Source of the DNA: an uncultured Candidatus Saccharibacteria bacterium
GTDB taxonomy: Bacteria; Patescibacteriota; Minisyncoccia; Minisyncoccales; CAZVLR01
Assembly: GCA_964628095.1 (NCBI GenBank)
Contig: CAZVLR010000001.1
Span: forward strand, 56,777-120,776
Direction of reading: 5' to 3'
Length of the DNA: 64,000 bases
The notes under the pieces were generated by a model. That model was not told where the DNA came from. It saw only the letters and a program-made list of their open reading frames with translations, and made no database searches. This document shows, piece by piece, positions 35,611 to 43,935 of this stretch; the stretch's first letter is position 1; every line of letters begins with the position of its first letter. The translations under genes were made by a program, and so were the position numbers.

Positions 35611-36725
35611 TATTTTATAAAATAAATGATTTCATAAATTATGCCCAGGATAAAAATCAGCATTAAAGGATAGGTTAAAAGCCTGTATTTGGCTGTTTTT
35701 ATACTCTGGTACATTAATAAAATTAAAATGCCATCGATTCCCAGAAAAATACCGCCCACAAAGGAAACAACCCGAATAAAGCTTTGAAAGCCCAAAATAA
35801 ACAGCAATAAAGGAACAAAGCAGGTAAGCGCCCAGGCCAAGCCCTTTTTCAATTTTAAATCGTATTCAAAAATACTTCTTAGTACCAGGCCCGAAGCAAT
35901 AAAAGAAGTAATAATTACCAAAAAGCCGAAAATGGCTGACAGATAAAGAATGTTTTGACCCAGGGCCTGGCCCAAGCCCAAAAAGGCCGATTCGGAAGTT
36001 GAACTCCCGCTGACCCCTAAAACAAAAAAGGTAAAAAGAATAGAGATAATTAAGGACAATATTACCCCCAGCACCACCACCTTTTTTAAAAGCTGCTTTT
36101 GGTCGACAAGCATGGCTTCCAACTCCGGGATAATCGAGGTACCCCACAAAGAAAAAAGTAACGGGCCGTAGGGCAGAAAGAAAAGCTTAAAATTGGCGGG
36201 TACTGATAAATTAACCAACTTTACCGAAAACAAGCTTCTAATTAAAATAAACAGTAAAATGGCGCTGAAAACAATTACGGCCCAGAATTCAAAACGGCCA
36301 ATCGCTTTTAAGCCGCGGTATATAAAAAGGGCGCCGATTAAAAAAAATACGAGAGTGTAAAAAAAAGCGGAGCCGCCAATTATAGGTTCCAACATATTTT
36401 TTAGGAATTCACCGCCTAAAATAACATAAACCAACAGGGAGCCGTAAACCCCTAAAATTAAAGAAATTGCCGCTGTTTTTTCGCCCCAAGGGCCAAGATA
36501 AGTTCGGGCAAAGCCAGTAAACCTTTTCTGATCCGGAGTTCTTATTACCACGTACGCAAACAGCAAATGAACAACTAAAGCCAAAGCGCCGATAATTAAA
36601 AAATAAACTAGCATTAAGGATGTCCCGACCCGAGAGGCGATATAGGGCAAGGAAAAAAGGCCAGCGCCAATAATCGTACCCATTAAGGTTGTTACCGGAT
36701 AAAAGAATTGCTTGAATTTGGACAT
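35610..36725 (-). CDS. Amino acid permease (Trp/Tyr HAAAP-like)
   Basis: GTIIGAGLFSLPY, about 11 TM segments. Confidence 0.85.
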   Translation of the reverse strand: MSKFKQFFYPVTTLMGTIIGAGLFSLPYIASRVGTSLMLVYFLIIGALALVVHLLFAYVVIRTPDQKRFTGFARTYLGPWGEKTAAISLILGVYGSLLVYVILGGEFLKNMLEPIIGGSAFFYTLVFFLIGALFIYRGLKAIGRFEFWAVIVFSAILLFILIRSLFSVKLVNLSVPANFKLFFLPYGPLLFSLWGTSIIPELEAMLVDQKQLLKKVVVLGVILSLIISILFTFFVLGVSGSSTSESAFLGLGQALGQNILYLSAIFGFLVIITSFIASGLVLRSIFEYDLKLKKGLAWALTCFVPLLLFILGFQSFIRVVSFVGGIFLGIDGILILLMYQSIKTAKYRLLTYPLMLIFILGIIYEIIYFIK

Positions 36726-36761
36726 TAATGTATTTTAGCAGAAAAAATAACTATTTTGAAT

Positions 36762-36795
36762 AAAAAAGAGGGCAAGTTAAAAAACAACTTGCCCT
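36762..36795 (-). terminator. Intrinsic terminator
   Basis: AGGGCAAGTT...AACTTGCCCT followed by a T tract on the minus strand. Confidence 0.75.
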
Positions 36796-36823
36796 TTGCC
36801 CTCCCCTCACGAAAAGAAAATTA

Positions 36824-37300
36824 TTAATCGCACGAGTCGCACTGACATTCGCTGAGGTAGCCGATGAGGCTCAAAGAAAATAAAGATACTGCCATCATAC
36901 AGTAAAGAGAATCCTTGCAGATGCAACCATACGGAATCCAGTAGATAACGCTGGTTGACATGCCGGCAGTATAAACCTCACACCACGATTCGTTGGTAAG
37001 GCCGTACACCAGCAATGGTATAAATACCATGGCTATTACCGGCTGCATACAGGCGGCAACATCACAGAAATTCGGGGAATAATCATAATCTCCAAAGCCC
37101 GCCTTGTTCACCTGCGCCAGAAAATTCTGGATTCTCTGCTCGCTCCAGCCCGCTTCAGCCAGCCTTGTTTCCAGGATTTCTTTTAAAGAAATATTATCCT
37201 GGGGACAGTTCTGGCATTCCTGTTCTGCCCTAACAATGGGCACAGCCGCTGAAACAAAAAGGAAAACAAATATTACTGTTAGCGCGATAAACCTTTTCAT
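36824..37300 (-). CDS. Secreted/membrane Cys-rich hypothetical protein
   Basis: AAAGGAGG SD, signal peptide, 11 Cys, hydrophobic C-terminal half. Confidence 0.75.
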   Translation of the reverse strand: MKRFIALTVIFVFLFVSAAVPIVRAEQECQNCPQDNISLKEILETRLAEAGWSEQRIQNFLAQVNKAGFGDYDYSPNFCDVAACMQPVIAMVFIPLLVYGLTNESWCEVYTAGMSTSVIYWIPYGCICKDSLYCMMAVSLFSLSLIGYLSECQCDSCD

Positions 37301-37386
37301 AGTCGTTCCTCCTTTCGAAAAGGCGTTTAAGTTTTCTTCCCGTTACGGGAAATCCTTTATTAGCTTCTTTTATGTACTATGGCCCT

Positions 37387-37414
37387 ATTATAATACCTAA
37401 AATATATTTGTCAA
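37387..37414 (-). promoter_or_regulatory. Sigma70 consensus promoter for 36824-37300
   Basis: TTGACA-16 nt-TATAAT on the minus strand. Confidence 0.7.
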
Positions 37415-37418
37415 TATG

Positions 37419-37491
37419 CGGCCCCAACCGGATTTGAACCGGTGTTCCCACTGTGAGAGAGTGATGTCCTGAACCACTAGACGATGGGGCC
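37419..37491 (-). tRNA. tRNA-Glu(CTC)
   Basis: GGCCCCA/TGGGGCC acceptor stem, anticodon loop CT-CTC-AC, TTCAAAT T-loop; CCA not encoded. Confidence 0.93.
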
Positions 37492-37549
37492 TAAATTAAA
37501 TTCGCAATTTACTGATTTATTTTAAAATGATTTTAATCTTTTGTAAAGA

Positions 37550-37580
37550 AAAAGTCGCCTTTTAAAATGGGGCGACTTTT
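37550..37580. terminator. Intrinsic terminator
   Basis: AAAAGTCGCC...GGCGACTTTT. Confidence 0.75.
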
Positions 37581-37604
37581 GTTTGGATGTTTAATATATG
37601 TGTT

Positions 37605-37766
37605 CTACCAGGCTGTGCAACGGCCTTTGTCGTTTCTTCTGTAATTCACTTTTTTCCCGCAGTGTGGGCATTGTTCGGTATATTTACCTTTCAAATTATT
37701 GCTCCTGACTCGGCGCGGGAAAGTTTTCTTACAGCTCGGATTGGTACATTTTATTCGATGGCACAT
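37605..37766 (-). CDS. 53-aa zinc-ribbon small protein (not in ORF track)
   Basis: MCHRIKCTNPSCKKTFPRRVRSNNLKGKYTEQCPHCGKKVNYRRNDKGRCTAW; GAGGAG SD; own promoter and terminator. Confidence 0.72.
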   Translation of the reverse strand: MCHRIKCTNPSCKKTFPRRVRSNNLKGKYTEQCPHCGKKVNYRRNDKGRCTAW

Positions 37767-37928
37767 AATTGAGATCTCCTCAATAGGTACTGGTTATAAA
37801 ACGACAACCCCCTTAACAGAACTTTAATTAAGAATAAATCTGTTTTGAATATAAAACTTGTTCAAGCTTATCACCCCCTTTCAGTTGGAAAAGTACGGCA
37901 ATATTATTTAAAACAACAATATTTAAAA

Positions 37929-37956
37929 ATTATAACAAAAAGCGGGGCTTTGTCAA
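37929..37956 (-). promoter_or_regulatory. Sigma70 consensus promoter
   Basis: TTGACA-16 nt-TATAAT with extended TG on the minus strand. Confidence 0.7.
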
Positions 37957-37964
37957 TAATACTC

Positions 37965-38558
37965 TTAAGCGCCGAAATTCCTCAGCGCCTCTGAAATTTC
38001 AACCAAATTCAAATCGAAAATTACGCCCACGCAGGCTGAAGCCAAAACCGCGCAAACCTGCTCGCCTCCGGATTTGTCTTGCAGCCAAAAGGGCACAATA
38101 TTCCCCTTGTAATTGAGTTTAAAATTGGTTCCGCCGTTTGAATGAATGTCGCTGGCCTGAAAGTTAGCGCCCTCTTCAAATCCGAAAGTCAGCGTTTTTA
38201 AATTGGTAAGCTCGGCCACCTCGCCAAAAGCTTTGTCGTCTGAATTAAAAACTAAATATCCGCCCAGGGGCGCGGTTTTTACCAGCTTTCTAATCTTTTC
38301 TATTGTTTTCTTTTCTTCAGTTTTAGCGCCCGAGCTGGCGATTACTAAAATAAGCAAAGAGGAGTTCTTCATTAAAAAATCCAGCTCGGGCAAATTTGAA
38401 AAATCGTTGTCGAAAACAAAAACTTCGCTGTTAATTTTCAAATACGGCTTTAAAACCTGGTTAATCGCTTTTTTGGCAACCAAACGCGAACTGCCGCAAA
38501 CAATAATGGTTTTGGGCTTCTTTAAGGTTATTTTTAATTTAGAAAGTATTCCCAGCAT
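37965..38558 (-). CDS. Truncated, degenerate Mur-ligase (MurF-like) central-domain protein
   Basis: LVFNSDD, TFGF...ASDI, GTNFKL, ASACVG...EISEAL; P-loop degenerate; start refined. Confidence 0.65.
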   Translation of the reverse strand: MLGILSKLKITLKKPKTIIVCGSSRLVAKKAINQVLKPYLKINSEVFVFDNDFSNLPELDFLMKNSSLLILVIASSGAKTEEKKTIEKIRKLVKTAPLGGYLVFNSDDKAFGEVAELTNLKTLTFGFEEGANFQASDIHSNGGTNFKLNYKGNIVPFWLQDKSGGEQVCAVLASACVGVIFDLNLVEISEALRNFGA

Positions 38559-38559
38559 G

Positions 38560-40275
38560 TTATTGTGTTTGATCTGGCGCAATCTGCCATAAATCAATGA
38601 TATATTTGGCCATGTCGCGGAATAAAGGCACGGCTGATTCTTCGGCCGAACTGGTTTTGGGATTGTATACTTTAACCAGAATTACAAATTGCGGGTTTAG
38701 GGCCGGGCCAAAGCCGATAAAAGACTGAATGGTTTTATCCGAATAGCCCCTTTGATTAATGCCCAAAGAAGAATAAGGCACCTGGGCCGTGCCGGTTTTG
38801 CCGGCTAAATAATAGCCGGGAATCTTTGTTTTCCTGCCATAGCCGTTTTCCACCACGCTAATTAGCATGGCGGTTAACTGCGAGGCGGTTTTTTGGGAAA
38901 TAAGATCTGATTTTTGCACCTTGGGCACAATAGTCTGAACGCTGTCCTTTTTGATTATTTTTTCCACCAAATAGGGCCTCATTAATTTCCCACCATTAGC
39001 AATGGCTGAAAAAGCCCGAACCAGCTGAAGCGAGGTGATTTCAATGCCCTGGCCAAAAGAAGCGGTGGCAAAATTAACGTCGCTCCCCTTTTTTAAGCCC
39101 TTGTTTTGAGAAGACACCTCGCCCTGCAAATCAACGCCTGTTTTTTCAAAAAACCCGAATTTTTCAATATAGTCCAAAAAATCCTGATGGCTGATCTGGC
39201 GCTGGGCAAAAACCGCCCCGGTGTTGATCGAATTTTCAAGAACGTTAGTCATGGTTAAAAGCCCGGGCCATTTTTTCTTGTTAAAATTTGAAATAACGTA
39301 CCCGCCAATGCTTTCACTGCCCGGATCAAAATAAGTGGTTTGCGGAGTTATCTTGCCCGAATCCAGGGCCGCCGCCATGGTAATGGGTTTGAAAACCGAG
39401 CCCGGCTCGAATATTTTTTGAATGCTGGAGTTTTGAAAAATATCCAAATTCTTAACGCTAGAATAATTATTGGGGTCAAACCCGGGCCAGGTGGCTAAAG
39501 CCAAAATCTTGCCCGAATTGGGATCCATTACAATAATTTCAGCGCTTTCAAATTCAATATCCTGCTGCGCTTTTTTTAAAACGTTTTCAGCTTGAAACTG
39601 AATATGGTAGTCCAAAGTTAAAACCAGGTCACCGCCTTTGTCGGGCAGACTGGAAGAGCCTCCAGAGTTTTCGCTATCCAAATCAATGTTGCCGCTGATT
39701 AAAAAACCTTTGGGGCCCTTCTCTCTTTCTAAATAAGATTCCTGCCCTCTCAATGCGTCTTCGTAAAAAGCTTCCAATCCGTACTGCCCGGTGTCGTCGC
39801 CCCCCAAAAAGCCTGAAACCTGGGAAGCCAAAGATTCCAAAGGATAGTATCTTAAGGTTTCTGTTTTTAAATAAACGCCGGGCAATTTTAACTCTTCAAT
39901 TTTTAAAGCTTCCTCATCGCTTAATTTATTTTTTAATGTTTCGTAATTGCTTTCTTGCGTTATCTTTCCCAAAATCTCGGCCTTATCCAAATTTAAAACA
40001 AGGCTCAGCTGCTTAGCGGTTTCTTCCTTTTCTTTAATTTCATTGGGAGCCGCATAAACAAAATCGGCCTGCTGGTTAATAACCAGAGGCGACATATTGC
40101 TAAAATAGATTTCCCCCCGTTCGCCCTGGGCCAAATCCATGAATTTTTGCTGGCCAAAGGCCATAGCCCGCCACTCCTGCGTTTTTATTATCTGAAAATA
40201 AACGAGGCGACCCGCAACGATCGCCAATAAAACGCTTAAAAGAAAAAAAACTATATTAATTCTCCATTCCCTCAT
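38560..40275 (-). CDS. ftsI: Class B penicillin-binding protein (FtsI/PBP2)
   Basis: RGEI, RYYP, GLE, EPGSVFK (SxxK), SIN (SxN), KTGTAQ. Confidence 0.92.
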   Translation of the reverse strand: MREWRINIVFFLLSVLLAIVAGRLVYFQIIKTQEWRAMAFGQQKFMDLAQGERGEIYFSNMSPLVINQQADFVYAAPNEIKEKEETAKQLSLVLNLDKAEILGKITQESNYETLKNKLSDEEALKIEELKLPGVYLKTETLRYYPLESLASQVSGFLGGDDTGQYGLEAFYEDALRGQESYLEREKGPKGFLISGNIDLDSENSGGSSSLPDKGGDLVLTLDYHIQFQAENVLKKAQQDIEFESAEIIVMDPNSGKILALATWPGFDPNNYSSVKNLDIFQNSSIQKIFEPGSVFKPITMAAALDSGKITPQTTYFDPGSESIGGYVISNFNKKKWPGLLTMTNVLENSINTGAVFAQRQISHQDFLDYIEKFGFFEKTGVDLQGEVSSQNKGLKKGSDVNFATASFGQGIEITSLQLVRAFSAIANGGKLMRPYLVEKIIKKDSVQTIVPKVQKSDLISQKTASQLTAMLISVVENGYGRKTKIPGYYLAGKTGTAQVPYSSLGINQRGYSDKTIQSFIGFGPALNPQFVILVKVYNPKTSSAEESAVPLFRDMAKYIIDLWQIAPDQTQ

Positions 40276-40619
40276 TTGGTTACCACTTGGTTGTCAATTA
40301 ATTGAATATAGTTGATTTTATCTATTTTTTCAAACCCCAGCTCCTGGATTTTTTGTTCAGTAATGTTCAAAGAGTTGCTCTTTAAAGAGCTTACCTCCAG
40401 CCTTTTATTATCTTGGCTTAATTGGGTTAATTTTGACTGATAATCGTTGATCGAATAGCCCTCTGAAATAATGGCATTTACCTGGAAAATATAGAAGCCG
40501 GCCATTAATAAGGCGCTGGCCACGCTTAAAACCAGCAAATATCTCAATTTTAAGACCCTTTTAAGATCAAAAAAACTGACAATTGAGAATGGGAAAGTGA
40601 TCGATAAAGCGTTATTCAT
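40272..40619 (-). CDS. FtsL-like cell division protein
   Basis: Bitopic TM plus coiled coil, located between rsmH and ftsI. Confidence 0.65.
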   Translation of the reverse strand: MNNALSITFPFSIVSFFDLKRVLKLRYLLVLSVASALLMAGFYIFQVNAIISEGYSINDYQSKLTQLSQDNKRLEVSSLKSNSLNITEQKIQELGFEKIDKINYIQLIDNQVVTK

Positions 40620-41496
40620 ATGTTTTTATGGCGCCTCTTAATTTAGCTGATCTTGAACGCGGGTTTGTTTTTACCTCGCTCGCTCCAGCCATAATCGGCT
40701 TTTTATTTATTAATAATATTTTTTTATTATGATAATTTTCCCGAAGGAAATTTTTAATAATCCTATCTTCTAAAGAATGAAAAGAAATTACCGCCAGCCG
40801 CCCCTTTTTATTTAAAACATCCAAGGCTTGGGGCAAAACTTTTTTTAAATTGTTAAGCTCGTCGTTTACCGCCATTCGCAAAGCCTGAAAAGTCTTGGTG
40901 GCAAAATGAATTTTCTGATGATGATACCAGCCGGGCGTTGACGCTTTAATAATTTCTACCAGCTGTAAGGTGCTTTTTACGGGCCTTGTATGCTTTGCAA
41001 TATTCCTGGCGATTTTCAAAGAAAACCTTTCTTCTCCGTATTCTTTTAAAATCTTTTCGATTTCCTGCTCGGGCCATTCATTAATAATTTCCTGGGCTGA
41101 AATTTTCTGAACCTTGGGGTTAAACCGCATATCCAGCTTCTCGTCTTTTTGAAAAGAAAATCCCCTTTTGCCCTCTTGCAGTTGCTCGCTGGAAAGCCCC
41201 AAATCCAGTAAAATGCCGTCAGCCTTTGGAAAATTATTTTTCTCAACGATCTCTTTTAAATTTGCGAAATTATCGCAAGCCAGAATTAAATTATTTCCAA
41301 ACTTTCTTTTTTCCTGCTTGATTTTAAAAATAGCTTCTTCGTCCCGGTCAATCGCCAATAATTTTCCCCTTATCCCGATTTTTTCCAAAATTGCAAAAGT
41401 ATGTCCGCCGCCGCCAAGGGTGCAATCGATAAAATTTTCTTTGGGCTGCGGGTTTAAAATTTCCAGTATTTCTTTTTTAAGAACAGGAATGTGCAT
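40612..41496 (-). CDS. rsmH: 16S rRNA m4C1402 methyltransferase
   Basis: HIPVL, DCTLGGGGH, DLGLSS, LDMR, FQALR, SFHSLEDR, NPRSRSAKLR. Confidence 0.97.
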   Translation of the reverse strand: MHIPVLKKEILEILNPQPKENFIDCTLGGGGHTFAILEKIGIRGKLLAIDRDEEAIFKIKQEKRKFGNNLILACDNFANLKEIVEKNNFPKADGILLDLGLSSEQLQEGKRGFSFQKDEKLDMRFNPKVQKISAQEIINEWPEQEIEKILKEYGEERFSLKIARNIAKHTRPVKSTLQLVEIIKASTPGWYHHQKIHFATKTFQALRMAVNDELNNLKKVLPQALDVLNKKGRLAVISFHSLEDRIIKNFLRENYHNKKILLINKKPIMAGASEVKTNPRSRSAKLRGAIKTYE

Positions 41497-41497
41497 T

Positions 41498-41929
41498 TTA
41501 TACGCCTAGCTCTTTTAATCTTTCAGCAATATCCCCCACTTCTTTTTCTGTTTTCTGTTTATAATTGTTCCAGTTATTCTCATCCCAGATTTCAATGCGG
41601 TTATATAATCCAGCCACCACTGTTTTCTTTTTTAACTGACAATAATCTTTTAGATAATCAGGCACTAAAATTCTTCCTAAATTATCAAAGACAACTTCCA
41701 TAGCGCCCGACAACATCATCCTAGAAAATCCCCGGGCATCCGATTGAGCTAGCGGCAGCTGGCTTAACTTTTTGGCTAAAATATCCCACTCTTTTGCCGG
41801 GTATAAAAACAAGCATTGGTCCAATCCTTTGGTGATCACCGCTTTCTTTCCCAAGAGGTGCCTGAATTTTGCCGGAATCGCCAAGCGTTTTTTTTCGTCG
41901 ATTGAATATGAATATTCTCCGATAAACAT
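41498..41929 (-). CDS. mraZ: Transcriptional regulator MraZ
   Basis: MFIGEY..SIDEKKRLAIPAKFR, DNLGRILVP, RIEIW; 143 aa from ATG 41929. Confidence 0.96.
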   Translation of the reverse strand: MFIGEYSYSIDEKKRLAIPAKFRHLLGKKAVITKGLDQCLFLYPAKEWDILAKKLSQLPLAQSDARGFSRMMLSGAMEVVFDNLGRILVPDYLKDYCQLKKKTVVAGLYNRIEIWDENNWNNYKQKTEKEVGDIAERLKELGV

Positions 41930-41952
41930 AAAAATTAAAATATCTTTTTTAC

Positions 41953-42022
41953 TTATCCCCAGAAAAGCCGAGTTATCCCCATAGTTATCCACTCTTTCCC
42001 ACCTATATACACTTTATCTCAC
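41953..42022 (-). promoter_or_regulatory. 10-bp-phased GTG(G) repeats, probable MraZ binding array
   Basis: Minus strand GTGAGATAAA GTGTATATAG GTGGGAAAGA GTGGATAACT ATGGGGATAA... directly upstream of mraZ. Confidence 0.7.
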
Positions 42023-42081
42023 ATCAACCTACCTGGTCAACACAATTAAACACCCGCTTAAAATAAAGCTAAAACCTGGCT

Positions 42082-42101
42082 TTATCCACAAATAATCCAC
42101 A
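42082..42101 (+). promoter_or_regulatory. DnaA boxes
   Basis: Perfect TTATCCACA at 42082 and TAATCCACA at 42093. Confidence 0.6.
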
Positions 42102-42114
42102 AGCCTTAAAACTA

Positions 42115-42146
42115 AAAACCGCCTTTTTTTAATAAAAAGCGGTTTT
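42115..42146 (-). terminator. Intrinsic terminator
   Basis: AAAACCGC...GCGGTTTT downstream of the 42176 gene. Confidence 0.65.
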
Positions 42147-42175
42147 CGTTCTTAAGCGCCCTGCTTAAATAACTC

Positions 42176-43804
42176 TTAATCTAGGCCTGAGCCACCCGGG
42201 CACTTGTAACTTGAACCCGAACAGTAACCTGCTTGGCCCGGATTAATATTGATTTCGTAACTGTTAAAACTGCTGTCTATGCAATACCAAGTTTTTTTGT
42301 CGCCCTCTTTAGCTGGCAATAATTCAGCAAAAGCGCAATATGCCTTACTAGACGTACGTAAGGTTGGATATTTTCCAAGTAAAGATTTCATGTCGTCTAA
42401 TAAAATTTTTATATCTTCGTCTTTATAGGTAACTTTTGAATAATTTCCGTTTTCTGAATAAATTGTTTCTGCCGCACTCATCATCTGCATTAAATCTGAT
42501 TTGATATAGGCATTTGTTTGATTGGTCTGAGCACCTATTAAAGAAGCCCCGATAATACTGGTCAAAATATCTCCTAGATCCTGAGCGTCTTTTGGTTCCT
42601 CGATATTTACCACTTTGCCATATTTTGAAAAATTAACAGCGAGGTTAATATTGGCCGCGCCGCTCATGGTTGGATCAAGTTTTCTAAAATCAATCTCTTT
42701 ATCAATTTTAATCCGGTAAATTAAATTATCTTTTTTGCCCACCCAAATTTCGCCACTTATCTCGCCAAGATTCTTAAAAGAATCTGTTATTGCTTTTTCA
42801 GTATCCTGCAATTCCTGAGCCGAAGGCATTTCTTCACCCAAGCCCGTAGCTACGTTAACCAAAAATTGAGTCATTGATTTTGCAAGCTCGTCATTATTTA
42901 AAACAATTAAATAATGATAGGCTTTTACATCATTGATGTTCTCGTCCGGCTTTTCTTCTTTTACAAAATATATTTTTGCGTTTTCCAAAAATAATTTTTT
43001 CAGATTATTAAGAATTAATTCTTGAGCCAGGCTAAATTTTTCCGTTAAATCGGATGAGTCCAGCAACGGGCTTGCTGAAGAAAAAAGGTTGTTGAGGCTC
43101 TCTTTATCTAATTTATACCATTGGTTCTGGATCTGACTTAGATCAATCCCCGACTCTTGAAAAATTTGTTCGGTCAGCAAAGAAGGCGCAGAAGTAATTT
43201 TTAAATAAAAACTCGGTCCGATTATTCTGCTTTCATAGCCAAAAGAAGAGCTGACTCCTTCAAAAGAAAAATCGATCGTGGTGGCGCCCGAAGCTTTCAT
43301 TTTCTTTTTATCCGTAGCGTCAAAGTCTCCTATTGTTTTGCTGGTTAATTTAATTTGCTCCCCGCTCTGGGCAGAAAGTTCAGCAGCGCTTTCGTAATGA
43401 AAATTTTTCACCGCGCTCATTTTCGCTACCGCATTAGCTATTATTTTTTCTGGCGCGGGCCTGAAAGGATTCCATAAAGGATCATAAATTTGAAAAGCTA
43501 AAACCGCACCAAGGCCCAAAACTAAAACCAAGACAACGGCCAAAGCAACGAAAACGGCTTTTAAAGGCGACTTTTTAAGCTTTGAAGGCGGAATTTCCGA
43601 TGTTTTATGGCTCGGAATAGCCGGTGGCAACGGTGGCGGAGGTGAAGGCGGCGTAGAGGGTTTTGGCGGCTCGTAAGAGGGCGCTTGATAAGCCGGTTTG
43701 GGCGTTTCGGGAACAAAAGAGGGCTCCGAGGGCAGGTTTTCCGGAGGCGCAGGCGGCTCCGTGTTAGGATTTATAGTTGGAGGCGTATAATTTTCTCCGT
43801 TCAT
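42176..43804 (-). CDS. Pro-rich, single-TM surface protein with LppX-like body and C-terminal pilin-like domain
   Basis: Pro-rich N-terminal ~80 aa; TM; INLAVNFSKYGKVVNIEEPKDA; C-terminal ASL..AQ....NAYIKSDL...AETIY..NGNY...YCA...WYCIDS; start refined to ATG 43804. Confidence 0.65.
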   Translation of the reverse strand: MNGENYTPPTINPNTEPPAPPENLPSEPSFVPETPKPAYQAPSYEPPKPSTPPSPPPPLPPAIPSHKTSEIPPSKLKKSPLKAVFVALAVVLVLVLGLGAVLAFQIYDPLWNPFRPAPEKIIANAVAKMSAVKNFHYESAAELSAQSGEQIKLTSKTIGDFDATDKKKMKASGATTIDFSFEGVSSSFGYESRIIGPSFYLKITSAPSLLTEQIFQESGIDLSQIQNQWYKLDKESLNNLFSSASPLLDSSDLTEKFSLAQELILNNLKKLFLENAKIYFVKEEKPDENINDVKAYHYLIVLNNDELAKSMTQFLVNVATGLGEEMPSAQELQDTEKAITDSFKNLGEISGEIWVGKKDNLIYRIKIDKEIDFRKLDPTMSGAANINLAVNFSKYGKVVNIEEPKDAQDLGDILTSIIGASLIGAQTNQTNAYIKSDLMQMMSAAETIYSENGNYSKVTYKDEDIKILLDDMKSLLGKYPTLRTSSKAYCAFAELLPAKEGDKKTWYCIDSSFNSYEININPGQAGYCSGSSYKCPGGSGLD

Positions 43805-43935
43805 TTTTTTGCCCCTTCCCCAAAAAAGCAGATTCAATTAACATTGAAAATCTTATCGGGAACCAAGGCTGTTATTTGTATTAATCTATTCTAGCACTAT
43901 TAAATATAAAAAATATCCCGCCTGTGGAAAACTAG

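Noticed and set aside
37587-37772. 61-aa plus-strand ORF
   Set aside because: Antisense shadow of the zinc-ribbon gene, which has SD, promoter and terminator support.
41953-42022. CRISPR or tandem-repeat array
   Set aside because: Degenerate 10-bp phased motifs without spacers; position upstream of mraZ explains them as operator repeats.
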